61,646 nt of DNA from Bdellovibrionales bacterium (GTDB taxonomy: Bacteria; Bdellovibrionota; Bdellovibrionia; Bdellovibrionales; UBA1609). The first letter of the stretch is position 1, and every line of letters starts with the position of its first letter. The stretch spans positions 1-61,646 of the forward strand of contig JANQSP010000022.1 in the NCBI GenBank assembly GCA_028283955.1, read 5' to 3'. The notes under the pieces were generated by a model that ran no database searches, was not told the DNA's origin, and saw only the letters and a list, made by a program, of their open reading frames with translations. The position numbers and the translations under genes were made by a program. This document shows, piece after piece, positions 37,856 through 48,300 of the stretch.

Positions 37856-38785
37856 CTATTTAAAAGCATAGTCCAAGCGGGCACCCTGTAGGATTTTTAA
37901 CACAAGCATATTAAAATGAATACCATCATGTTGAGCTGACTTGGGTAGTAAGGAATGTGTTGTGAGACCTGGTAGAGTATTCATTTCCAGTACTAAAGGG
38001 ACAGTATTATTTTTTATAATAAAGTCCAATCGACAATAAGTTCTAATATGTGAAAGATGTGCAGTTTGACACACTATTTCTTTACATTGTCTGGTGATTT
38101 TTTCATCCAGGCGTGGAGGTAAAATGTACTTTGTTTCTTCTGATTCATATTTGCTTGTATAATCATAAAAACCACTTTTAGGGACAATTTCTACAGGAGT
38201 AAGGGCTTTTCCTGTCAGTAAGGATGCAGCTATCTCCATACCTTTGATATAAGATTCCACCAGGATTTTTTTATCGTATTGGAGGGCTTTTTTCAAAGCA
38301 GGCACCAATTCCTCTTTCTTCTTACAGATGCTGATACCCAATGTGGAGCCTTCTCTGGATGGCTTTATTACGAGGGGTAAGGGAATATTTATTTTCACCT
38401 CTTGAGGGTTTTGATTTTCCAGGTTTAGGTTTTGATAATCAGGGGTGGGAATACCATACCTGGAGATATAATCTTTAAAAAAACATTTATCCATACAAAG
38501 GGTGCTAGCCAGTATTCCACTTCCTGTATAGGGAATTTTTAGATATTCACAAATTCCCTGTAAAGTGCCGTCTTCCGCATATTGGCCGTGAACAGCCAGG
38601 AAAGCACAGTCGGGATTTAGTTTTTTTAAATTTTTGGTTAAATCCGTGTCGGCTTCAATAAAGGTGTAAGATATATTCAGTTCATCAAAGGCTTTTGCCA
38701 CTGATTGAGCGGACATGAGGCTGACTTCCCTCTCCGCTCCCAAGCCGCCTTGAATAAGAGCCACTTTTTTTATTTTTGTGTTCAT
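37856..38785 (-). CDS. ddl: D-alanine--D-alanine ligase
   Basis: GGLGAEREVS, LAVHGQYAEDG, PYTGSG, CMDK, KPSREGS, FYDYTSKY, LEMNTLPG. Confidence 0.96.
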   Translation of the reverse strand: MNTKIKKVALIQGGLGAEREVSLMSAQSVAKAFDELNISYTFIEADTDLTKNLKKLNPDCAFLAVHGQYAEDGTLQGICEYLKIPYTGSGILASTLCMDKCFFKDYISRYGIPTPDYQNLNLENQNPQEVKINIPLPLVIKPSREGSTLGISICKKKEELVPALKKALQYDKKILVESYIKGMEIAASLLTGKALTPVEIVPKSGFYDYTSKYESEETKYILPPRLDEKITRQCKEIVCQTAHLSHIRTYCRLDFIIKNNTVPLVLEMNTLPGLTTHSLLPKSAQHDGIHFNMLVLKILQGARLDYAFK

Positions 38786-38826
38786 GGTGAGTGAATGCTC
38801 TTCTTATTTGGTTAAGTTTATTTATT

Positions 38827-38904
38827 ACAGACAAAGAAATTTTTTTATCTATTTCCTGTCTGTTATAGTGTAGAGCAAAATGAGAGATTTCTCATTGATT
38901 TGCT
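38827..38904. terminator. Two adjacent imperfect hairpins upstream of ddl (possible terminator or leader)
   Basis: ACAGACA..GAAAT / ATTTC..TGTCTGT (38827-38863) and AATGAGA-GATT-TCTCATT with an AGCAAA/TTTGCT extension (38874-38904). Confidence 0.35.
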
Positions 38905-38951
38905 TTATACATTGAGCCATCTCTATTTTATGGGTACTTGAAGCTGTGATT

Positions 38952-39434
38952 TTACCATGAACTTATGTGGCCATTGAATAACAGAACTCCAAAGGAATAG
39001 CATTTACAGTATGATCCAATGGGAGCTATATAAGGTAAGTGGCAGTAAAACCCACCACTTCTGCAAATATAACTCTGTGGAGCCGCAGGAACAGGAACAG
39101 GAACGGGAACGGGAACAGGTATAGGAACTATAATATCACCGTGGTGATGGTGATCATCGTAACCACAACCTCCATGCCCATGTCTTCTCCTGCATTCCTG
39201 GTCTTCATCTCCATGAGCCAACTGTATTTCTTCACCTCTTTCAAAATTTTCATTTTCTAAATCCAGTACAATACCCACCATTTCTTCCAAAGGAGGTAAG
39301 TCTTCGACACTTAAGTTATAAAGATCCACTGCAGTTGTTTCCGAGTGATCTTCAGGTAAATTGGCAAATGCAAAACAGGAAAGGGTCAGTGATAAAAAAA
39401 GTGATAAAAAAAGTGTAATGATTTTCATATTCAA
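38952..39434 (-). CDS. Small secreted His-, Pro-Val- and Cys-rich hypothetical protein
   Basis: Signal peptide ending AFA; acidic region; HGHGG and HHHH; (VP)n; C-terminal C-x6-C-x11-C-x-C. Confidence 0.7.
   Translation of the reverse strand: MNMKIITLFLSLFLSLTLSCFAFANLPEDHSETTAVDLYNLSVEDLPPLEEMVGIVLDLENENFERGEEIQLAHGDEDQECRRRHGHGGCGYDDHHHHGDIIVPIPVPVPVPVPVPAAPQSYICRSGGFYCHLPYIAPIGSYCKCYSFGVLLFNGHISSW
39088..39129. repeat. Hexamer tandem repeat (GGAACR)n encoding the Pro-Val linker
   Basis: ggaaca ggaaca ggaacg ggaacg ggaaca ggtata ggaact. Confidence 0.9.
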
Positions 39435-39624
39435 CTCCTTTTGGATTTAACTATTTTTATAATAAACAGGAGCTTTTTTTAAGTAAAAAAATAACAAAAC
39501 ATCAATATAGGACATGAAGGGTGTATTTTTTTCATTTTTGTTTATCAATTGGACATTTTTTGATTTGAAAGAATGTACTCTACCATTTTATGTGGAGTGG
39601 GTAGTCGCGGCCCTGAGTAAACAA

Positions 39625-40701
39625 CTAAAGCCATTTTCTTTTTTTGAAGAGGAGGACCATACCTCCACTGACAAGAAAGATGAGCACCCATACTATCAGG
39701 TAGCCATACTTCCAGTTTAATTCAGGCATGAACTTAAAGTTCATACCATAAATACCTACGATAAAAGTAAGGGGAATAAAAATAGCTGCAAAGATAGTCA
39801 GGACTTTCATAATCTCGTTCATTTTTCTGTTTATCGTGTTTTGATAAAAATCCATAAGAGAAGTGGTCAGTTCATTATAATAATCAATCACTTCAATAAT
39901 TTGAATAGTGTGATCCAGAATATCTTTGAAGTAACGCAGATTTTTAGTTTCGATCCATGGGTGGTTGCTGATAATAATTTTGTTTAAAGCTTCCTTGACG
40001 GGGAAGGCGGTTTTTCTCAGGTATAAAAACTCGCCTTTTAAGGAAAGAATATCTACCGGATTTAATTTATTCAGATTGGCTGTCACACATGTTTCCAGCT
40101 CTTCAAAATAGTCTCCCATTTTTTCAAGTGTGATATAATATTGATCAATAAGTAAATCTATCAATGCGTAAAACAGATAATCCGCTTTTAGAGATCTGAT
40201 TCTCCATATTGATTTTCTAAGGCGCTCTTTTACCGGTTCGAAAATGTCATCTTTTGTATCATGGAAGGAAAGTACAAAATTCTGACCAAAGAAGATACTG
40301 GTCTGGGAAACTTTTATCTGCATTCTTCCTTCTTTTCTTTCTGTTGAAACATATTTTATAATGGAAAAAAGCATATTATCCAACTCTTCCACTTTTGGGC
40401 GGTGATCTGTATTCAGTACATCTTCCAGCCAAAGCCGGTGAATGCCAAATTGGTTTCCAATTTCTTCGATGACTTTTTTATCGGATAATCCCTGAAATTC
40501 AATCCAGGTAATTTGACTGCTGTCTTTTACGTGTTCAATGCATTTTTCAAAACTGGCTGAATGGGATTCAAAAAAGGAATCTTTGGTATAATTAATCAGA
40601 TTGATATGTATCTTTTCTTTATCCCCTTTTTCCCCAATATAGACGAGAGATCCGGGGTGGAGACCCAGCACCTTTGTTCGGGTTTTTAAAAATCGAGCCA
40701 T
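39625..40701 (-). CDS. corA: Magnesium/cobalt transporter CorA
   Basis: GLHPGSLVYIG, LWLEDVLNT, HRPKVE, PLTFIVGIYGMNFKFMPEL. Confidence 0.96.
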   Translation of the reverse strand: MARFLKTRTKVLGLHPGSLVYIGEKGDKEKIHINLINYTKDSFFESHSASFEKCIEHVKDSSQITWIEFQGLSDKKVIEEIGNQFGIHRLWLEDVLNTDHRPKVEELDNMLFSIIKYVSTERKEGRMQIKVSQTSIFFGQNFVLSFHDTKDDIFEPVKERLRKSIWRIRSLKADYLFYALIDLLIDQYYITLEKMGDYFEELETCVTANLNKLNPVDILSLKGEFLYLRKTAFPVKEALNKIIISNHPWIETKNLRYFKDILDHTIQIIEVIDYYNELTTSLMDFYQNTINRKMNEIMKVLTIFAAIFIPLTFIVGIYGMNFKFMPELNWKYGYLIVWVLIFLVSGGMVLLFKKRKWL

Positions 40702-40829
40702 TGCACACCTTAGCTCCTATAAATATCTTGAGGCGGGAAAAATGCCAAGAGAAGTCATGTTAAGACTAAAGACCGGAAAGCCTGTAAAAATCAGGTAAAG
40801 GTAATTCTTCTGTTCGGATTGATTATCTT

Positions 40830-42053
40830 TTACTTCAAGTAAACCAGTTTTTTGGTTTTTACTAAGTATTTTTCAAAGTGATCAAATGGAGTTGATACTT
40901 TTACATTTTTGTAATCAGGGATTATTAAGGATGTCTTTTTATCGTATAAACGGCTGGAGAATTCTAATATATCGTTGGAAGATACCTTATTATGAGGTCG
41001 TTTGAGTATCTTTATAAAATTTTTTGCATTTATAATAATAAATATATGCTGGTCTGTTATTTTTCGAATAAAACGTTTTAATTCGTATAGTTTATTAAAA
41101 TCAGATACTAATATGTATTGGTTCCTGTTTTTTTTGGAGGAAGAAGTATATTTTTTTAAGTAGTGGGACATATTCCTGTTTTTTAGATATTGGGTGGGGA
41201 TATTGACCAATGAAACAGGATCACTTTTTATTTTTTTTGTGTTGTTTATATAGGAAACAACTTTTTTTATATGGGAAGGTGTTAGTTTATCTGCAGTAGA
41301 GAATTGTTGAATCAGTATATGTTTTCCATATAAAGCGTCTGAAGGAAGAATAATTTTTCCTTTATTTTGAAATAATAGGGCTTCTGTTGATCGCTGATGA
41401 ATAAGTTCCAGATTTAATTTATGATGATTAAGGTTTTTAAAGATTTTTCCGGAACAGCGAAGAAAGTCAATATCAACACGGCTGGATTCAAAATTATCAA
41501 AAAGAGACTTTATGATATTTTTGTGATCCTTTTTTCCATAAAACGCGGAGTAAATTAAGTTCACTCCCAAAACACCCAGTATTTCATATTGTTGTAAACG
41601 TGTTTTATCCAGTAAATTTACGTGTAAGATTATCTCGTTATAAGGCGCTTTATATTCACTTTGAAAACGAATTCCCATCCATCCGTGATGGTAAGATGTA
41701 TTATTGGATTTTCCAACTGTACTGACAGCCACTGTGTCGGCAAAAGCAAAAAATTTTGTATTATGTCCTCTTTTTTTTTTGAGTCGTTTTTGAAGTAATG
41801 TGTATTCGTGTTCCAGCATTTTGGAAAGCCGGCTTTCAGAAACATACCTTCCCGATCCCCCATATATTTGATCACTAAAAGTCATATCATAAGCTGACAT
41901 GCTTTTTGCCACTGTTTTTGAAGCCTGTCCGGCCTTGAAGAAATGGTTTACCACCTCCTGGCCAGCGCCAATTTCGGCAAAGGTGCCGTAAATAGCAGGT
42001 GAGCTGTTTATTTTTCTGGCTTTTTCTATAGCTATTTTTTCGATATAAGGCAT
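40830..42053 (-). CDS. Conserved hypothetical protein (AIYGTFAEIGAGQEV family), possible CinA/PncC-fold N-terminal domain
   Basis: IYGTFAEIGAGQEV, AKSMSAYDMTFSDQIYG, RYVSESRL, FFAFADTV, HGWMGIRFQ, IILHV. I recognise this as a widespread family usually given unreliable labels. Confidence 0.6.
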   Translation of the reverse strand: MPYIEKIAIEKARKINSSPAIYGTFAEIGAGQEVVNHFFKAGQASKTVAKSMSAYDMTFSDQIYGGSGRYVSESRLSKMLEHEYTLLQKRLKKKRGHNTKFFAFADTVAVSTVGKSNNTSYHHGWMGIRFQSEYKAPYNEIILHVNLLDKTRLQQYEILGVLGVNLIYSAFYGKKDHKNIIKSLFDNFESSRVDIDFLRCSGKIFKNLNHHKLNLELIHQRSTEALLFQNKGKIILPSDALYGKHILIQQFSTADKLTPSHIKKVVSYINNTKKIKSDPVSLVNIPTQYLKNRNMSHYLKKYTSSSKKNRNQYILVSDFNKLYELKRFIRKITDQHIFIIINAKNFIKILKRPHNKVSSNDILEFSSRLYDKKTSLIIPDYKNVKVSTPFDHFEKYLVKTKKLVYLK

Positions 42054-42080
42054 GTGTGTATAGTACCAGATGAGCCGGTT

Positions 42081-42815
42081 TTATAAAAGGATTTTTCTTC
42101 CCTCTCTTACTTCAAGATTTTTTTTTGAAAGTGTGTAAGCAACGGGTACTCCTGTTGGAATTTCCACTTTTGTAATAGCTTCATTACTAAGCTGTTCTAT
42201 ATGTTTGATTAAAGCTCTTATACTGTTTCCATGAGCTGCGATGAGCACTGTTTTACCTTGCTGTAAGTAAGGATTAACAGTCGTCGTCCAAAACGGAAGA
42301 ACCCTTTGTTTTGTTTGTTCCAGGGACTCTCCGGTCGGGATAGTTGTTAGGTCTTTATATCGCCTGTCTATATCGTTCTTTTCTGAAGTAGGTAAGGGTG
42401 GAGGAGTGGTCTTGTAGTCTCTTCTCCAAAGTTGTACCTGTTTCTCTCCGTATTTTTCTATAGTTTCTTTTTTATTTAATCCGGTTAAATTACCATAGTG
42501 TCTTTCGTTCAATCTCCATGATTTTATGACAGGAATCCACATTTGGTCCATTTCATCTAAGATGATCCATAGAGTGCGAATGGCTCTTTTTAGAAAAGAT
42601 GTGCAGGCTAAGTCAAAATGAAGATGATTCTTCTTTAATGATTCAGCTGCTTTTTTTGCTTCTTTTTCACCTTGTGTACTTAGATCAATATCTTTCCAAC
42701 CAGTGAAGCGATTTTCCTGGTTCCATTGACTCTGTCCGTGCCGGATTAAAATTAAATTGTAAGAAGACATAATAGTAGCATATGATGAAATATCATTTAG
42801 GGGAATATGAATCAA
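42081..42815 (-). CDS. gpmA: 2,3-bisphosphoglycerate-dependent phosphoglycerate mutase
   Basis: [38 protein letters not shown]. Confidence 0.97.
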   Translation of the reverse strand: MIHIPLNDISSYATIMSSYNLILIRHGQSQWNQENRFTGWKDIDLSTQGEKEAKKAAESLKKNHLHFDLACTSFLKRAIRTLWIILDEMDQMWIPVIKSWRLNERHYGNLTGLNKKETIEKYGEKQVQLWRRDYKTTPPPLPTSEKNDIDRRYKDLTTIPTGESLEQTKQRVLPFWTTTVNPYLQQGKTVLIAAHGNSIRALIKHIEQLSNEAITKVEIPTGVPVAYTLSKKNLEVREGRKILL

Positions 42816-42876
42816 TGTTTTTTAGTTAATTTTAAATTATGAGAAGAAAAGTGAATATTGAACTGAATATTTATGA

Positions 42877-45366
42877 TTAAAATGAGCCAAAGGAGAGGTG
42901 AGGGACAATAGGAAATTCGTTCTTTTTTGGAGAAATTTTAAAGGCAATATATCCTGCAATAGGCCCTAATGGTGTTTTATATCTAAGACCAAATCCAGCG
43001 GAATGTCGATAGGGTTGTTCAAATTTTTTACCTGAAATCGTAACAATCCCCCCGTCGTAAAATAAAGTACCGGTAAAGTTTGTACTAATGGAGAAACGTA
43101 GCTCTGTTTTTAAAAGCATATAAAAAGATGCACGACTGGAAATTAATTCATTGGCATTATCAATAGGAAGTTCATTTTTGTCGGGGACTCTTTCACCATG
43201 AATCAAGCCATCAAAACCTCTTAGTGAGTTAACTCCACCGAGAATAAACGCTCTGCTGACAGGGAATCCCCCTGTATTGAGGCTGTTCATATTTGTAATA
43301 AAGCCGCCATGAATACTGTTAGCCCAAACCCAGTCATTGAAAAGAGGGCGAAAATCAAAGTGTTTGACTTCCATTTTTATAAATTTGATTTCCTCTGAAG
43401 AACTAATGATATAAAAAGGCCCTGCATATTCAATGGACATTTGTGATAAAAAACCATCAGAGGTGGATAAGATATCGTTTCTTTTATCAATGTTAAGAGA
43501 GATTCCCGTAGAAGCAATATTTAATATGTCACTATCACATAAAATAGCATTGGAATTAGAACTTCTACTGATTTGACAACTCCTGGTTTTTGTAAATTCC
43601 TCTCTTCCTTCCCAACTTAATATAGTCCATGTCAGGTTGATAAAATTGTTAATTGTTCTTTTTAAAAGAAAATTAATTTGTGTAGACTCTACGATGTCTG
43701 TTATACCCCCTTCCTTTGTTTGAAGATGTGAAAATATTTGATCTGAATTTGATAAGTTAATTTGACCATTAAATCCTGATTTAAACAGAAAAGGTTCTAC
43801 ATAACTGATAGAAGCCTGATGTTCCAAATATTCAGGTTCAGAAGAACTAATTTGTATATGTTTTGCAATATTGGATTGCAGTTTTACCCTTGAAAATATA
43901 TGTCTTCCCGTACCGAAAATATTTCTGTTTGAAAACTCGACGAAACCTCTGGCTGTTAAAGTCCTTTCCGTGTTCACACCTAAGGAAAAACGAATAGATC
44001 GGGGTTTTCTTTCTTCTACTTGAATAATCAATATCCTCTCTTCCGGGTTTTTGTTGTCATTTTTAGTTAATATATTGATAGATGAAAAAATACCTAAGTT
44101 TCTTAATTTATTGATTGAAAGTTCTATTTTTTTTGGTGTTAAAATATCTCCTTTTTTCAAAGGCAGACTGGTAATGATGAGATCTTTTTTTGTAATTTTA
44201 TTTCCTTTGACTAAAATATCAGAAATCCTGATCTTATTACTTTCTGTAATATTGATATGTAAAGTGGCCGTGGAGTCTTTCCTGTCGTATTGGACAATTT
44301 TTTCTGTGTTGTTTAACTTCACTTCAATGAACCCCGCATCCCTATATGTGGAAATCAGGTTTTTAATATCTTGTTCGAGAATATTGATATTTAAGCCTTT
44401 ATTTATTTTTATTTTCATTACATCCATTAGTTGTTGACTGGAAAAATGTTTATTTCCCGTGAAATGTATGGCCCTTACCCTGGTAAGGGGGCCTTCATTG
44501 AGAATAATATCAATAATGACCTTGTTATCTGAAGTATTTGTAATCCTGGCATGTGCTGTAGCTTTTAAATAACCTTCATTTTTTAATGAATTCACAAGGT
44601 TTTTTAATCCTTTTTGAATGTCTGTATTGTAAAATAATCCTTTTTTAATAAGAGAGCCGCTATAACGTCTGATGAATTTGATGTAATATCTATCTGATTT
44701 TGAAAACTGTCCGAATATTTTTATTTCTTTTACTTCTGTCTGTTGGCCCTCCTTAATTGTAATGAAAACATTTTTTATAAAATGTTTATGATCTATTTTA
44801 ATCTGATGTTTTAAATGGATATTTGCATAACCTTTTTTTAAGTAAGCTTCTTTTATGTATGCCAGGATTTTTCTGATGAGTTGAGTGTTGTTAAAATATT
44901 TTTTATAGTTCTGTTTAGGCAATAATGTGTATCTATCCAGGGATTGAGTCCCTTTTAAAATAAAACCATATTTATAAGGATTTGTTATTTCATAGGAAAT
45001 ATTGACTCTATTATTCGATAGATCAAATAATGGTCCTCTTACTTCCGGCAGAAGGATTTTTTTTTCTTTTAAAAGATAAAATATTTCATTATGGATTTTG
45101 TCGGATAATTTTTTTGAAAACTGCTGGTTTTTATATTTGGATAGTGTTTTTTTAATATCCTGTTTTAGCTTTTTATTTGTCGTTTTTATATTAATGTTTG
45201 CTATAATGTTATTTATTTTTTCAGATTTTACTGTTTGTGTTTTTTTGAAAGAGTCAGCTGATTTATCATCCTCAGTTTTTGGGTTTGTATTCCGGTTCGG
45301 GACAGGTGTTGAGTAAACTGCACAGTGTAATATTACGATGAAATATAGGATTTTTTTAAAAATCAA
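42877..45366 (-). CDS. Omp85-family outer-membrane protein with POTRA domains (TamA/BamA-like)
   Basis: Signal peptide; POTRA-like repeats (LNEGP, FTGNKHFS, VKGNKIT); barrel motifs LGGVNSLRGF, GFGLRYKTPLGPI; terminal Phe. Confidence 0.88.
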   Translation of the reverse strand: MIFKKILYFIVILHCAVYSTPVPNRNTNPKTEDDKSADSFKKTQTVKSEKINNIIANINIKTTNKKLKQDIKKTLSKYKNQQFSKKLSDKIHNEIFYLLKEKKILLPEVRGPLFDLSNNRVNISYEITNPYKYGFILKGTQSLDRYTLLPKQNYKKYFNNTQLIRKILAYIKEAYLKKGYANIHLKHQIKIDHKHFIKNVFITIKEGQQTEVKEIKIFGQFSKSDRYYIKFIRRYSGSLIKKGLFYNTDIQKGLKNLVNSLKNEGYLKATAHARITNTSDNKVIIDIILNEGPLTRVRAIHFTGNKHFSSQQLMDVMKIKINKGLNINILEQDIKNLISTYRDAGFIEVKLNNTEKIVQYDRKDSTATLHINITESNKIRISDILVKGNKITKKDLIITSLPLKKGDILTPKKIELSINKLRNLGIFSSINILTKNDNKNPEERILIIQVEERKPRSIRFSLGVNTERTLTARGFVEFSNRNIFGTGRHIFSRVKLQSNIAKHIQISSSEPEYLEHQASISYVEPFLFKSGFNGQINLSNSDQIFSHLQTKEGGITDIVESTQINFLLKRTINNFINLTWTILSWEGREEFTKTRSCQISRSSNSNAILCDSDILNIASTGISLNIDKRNDILSTSDGFLSQMSIEYAGPFYIISSSEEIKFIKMEVKHFDFRPLFNDWVWANSIHGGFITNMNSLNTGGFPVSRAFILGGVNSLRGFDGLIHGERVPDKNELPIDNANELISSRASFYMLLKTELRFSISTNFTGTLFYDGGIVTISGKKFEQPYRHSAGFGLRYKTPLGPIAGYIAFKISPKKNEFPIVPHLSFGSF

Positions 45367-48300
45367 TTTGATACTCCAAATCCAAACCTATGGTGTTAGT
45401 TTCCAGGTCGCTGCCTTCAACAGGATCTTCGTTTTGCCAAAGGCCAATAATGGATATGTTTTTATTTATTTGATATTCTGCTTTTATGTCGCTTTCCGGA
45501 TGATTATCCAAAATAGTCTGACTGGCTGAAAGATTTAATCTGTTAAACATTTTTTTTCTAACAATTAGTTTTGTTGCGGTGGAGTTGGTTTTTGAGCTAA
45601 TGTGCGGGACAATCAGGAATTGATCCACCCCTAAAGTGTCTTTTAACTCCCGGCCAATCGCTTTTTGAAAAAGAGCCGGTCCCAAGTGGTAATAGGAGTA
45701 TTTAGCTATATTATTAATTGTACTCCCCGGTTCAAAACGAATAGAACGCACTCCGAATGTTAAGAGAGAAACAATCTGTTTTTCGGTCATGGCGGGTGTG
45801 CTGGTCAGCTGAAATACAGGAGCGCTTCCTCTTCCTTTTACTCTTAGGAGAATGCTATATTCATTATCAAAATCATTGCGAAAATCATTCACCTCTGTTT
45901 CTTCCAGTGTACTGGAAAAATCATTTATATCCGCTTCCTCTCGTATAAAAGTTTTGGCTCTTAAGTCAATTAAGGGGTTAGAAGGTTTATCATTAAAGTA
46001 GGTTATTTGGGAGGATAGAATATCAAATTCATGGTCTCTAAAAATGATAGTTCCTCCCGGAAGAGCTGTCAATTTTCCATATAAAAGAGGGTGGGAGGGG
46101 TATCCTGTCACTTTTACTTTTCCGGAAAATGATGATTTCATTGTGGAGTTTTCTATCTGTACCGGGTCTTTAAGGTAAAAATTAAATCTCATTTGGATCG
46201 GTTCAAAATTTTCTATATCTTCTTCCAGTAGAGCAATTCTTGGACTGACTTGCACTTGATCAGACTGATTGGATACAAATTCTTTTTCTATCCTGGATTC
46301 TTTAATATCCGCGGTTATCCCTAATGTATATGGGAATGTTTTTCCTGTTAAGAGTATTTGTCCTGAGCCTTTTGTGTAAATTCCCTGCAAAGTTCCGAAT
46401 TGCACTTCATTAAATGAACCTTTTATATCGACAGGAGTGTATCCGTCTTTGTTTAGGAAATGGATATTTCCCGTAGCCTGTAAGGTGCCTCCTCCTATTT
46501 TTGTATAGAAAGATTGAAAGAATAGTTTGTGATTATCGACTTTCATATCTGAATATATTTCTTCAAAAGGCTCTATATTGGAATGCAATTGAATGAAACC
46601 GCTTTTTAATTGTATTTGTCCTTTAGGTGATAATTGAGACAATTGTGGATTTAAAGTTAGGTCTGCTGTTAAATCCCCTTCCCATGTTCTCATAAAAGGG
46701 AAAACAAAAATAAAAAAATCTAATTTAATATTACCGTTAAAAAAAACTTCTTTTTGTTTGGTTGGGCTTTGCGTGATATTGAGAAAATCATCCCCTGATT
46801 GAAGTAGTATAGGATCTGTATTTAGAAAACCTTTTTTTAGTTTAACTGTAAAGGGTGACTTGTTAATGAGTTTATAAGCATTCGCATGTATGGCCATATC
46901 CTGTACTGTTATGTAGCCTGTGGCAGAACGGGAAAATTGGTTTTTTTGATAAGACAAGTCTATTATGCTGTTTATACTTGATTGAAATTGGTTGTATAGT
47001 TGGGTGGATTCTCCTTGTGAAAGAAACAGCTCTTTTATATTAAAGTTATTTGTAGTGGCCTGTAATTTAATAAGCCCGTCTTTTTTATATGGGAAAATCA
47101 GATTTTGAATATTTAGTTTGTCGGCTATAGATCCTTTCACTTCTACCTGGTGTCGTCTTAACTTTAAGTTGATGTTTGAATTCTTAACAGGATAGCCTTT
47201 GTAAAAAGAATTTTTTATTAGTACCGTTGCTGTAGTTAATGGGTTTAAAAAGTAACCTTTTAAATTCATATTGAAATCTATTACACCTGTTGTTTCAGGG
47301 CCTGTAATTCTTGAAATGTTTTTGGATTCCTGTAAATGAAGCCCTATCCCGGTCATTTTTGCAATCATATCCCCTTTTGGATTTACTTGTCCCTGGAAAA
47401 GGATTTTTCCATTGTTTTTTAATAGTTCGACTTTTTTTGTTTTCACATAGCCATCTTTGGACTCCAGTTGGACGATGGCTTTATCAAAAATTTCTTTCTC
47501 CCACTTTACTTTAAATAACTGAGTTTGCAGATTGTAACTTAAAGCATTGATTTTTAAAGGGCCGTTTAAGTATGCGCTTAATGTACCTGAACCCGTAATG
47601 TCAAACGGGAAATATACTCTGTCTTTTAATGCGTCCTTTAAATCTTCTAAAGTGATATAGGGAAAATGAGCAAACAACTGTATGGTGTTTTCCAGGATGT
47701 TGATATTCAGGTTTCCTTTATATTGGGATTTTTTGATTTGGGCCTTGATTTTTCGAAAGCTAAGAAGGCCTTTCTCTGTATATTGTAATTTTGTGCTCAC
47801 ATTTCCCATTTGAAACTGACTTAAAACCAATTGTTCTATATTAAGCTCTGACTGGATATTCAATTTTTTGTTAAATGCGGTGATTGAGCCATTTGCAATA
47901 TTTACTATTCCCTGTGGTTCAAGTTTGACCAGATCTTTAATGTCAGACAGGTGGACGACTCCCTTATACTGCGATACGAACTTATTTTTTTCATCCAATA
48001 TGCTTTCTATATTGATCTCGGACTGAGATCCGATTTGTGCCACTGTGTAGCTTGTAAAAATTTTATCGTTGAAATTGATCAGGCTGTTTACTTTTAGTTT
48101 TGGTATATCCAAAACAATGTGTTTTTTTCCACCATATACGGTAAACCTGTTTAGGTGAGCGGTTCCTTCACATTTAAATTCCTGTTTTGACAGAAACACT
48201 CCATTGCATTTCCACTTTCCATTTGTTGTAGAGGTAATGGGAATGTTATTTAGTTTAAAAGCCTTGAAAAAAGCCTCCAATTGGCTGTTTTTGATTACCA

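Noticed and set aside
39039-39260. Plus-strand ORF with RNRNRNGNGN repeat
   Set aside because: Antisense reading of the Pro-Val hexamer repeat; the minus-strand ORF has an RBS and signal peptide.
40702-40829. Mg2+ (M-box), NiCo or fluoride riboswitch upstream of corA
   Set aside because: Only 128 bp with one weak stem; I recognised no conserved aptamer motifs.
40830-42053. Calling this gene a TonB-dependent receptor or NadD
   Set aside because: No signal peptide, no beta-barrel pattern, no terminal aromatic residue, and no HxGH motif.
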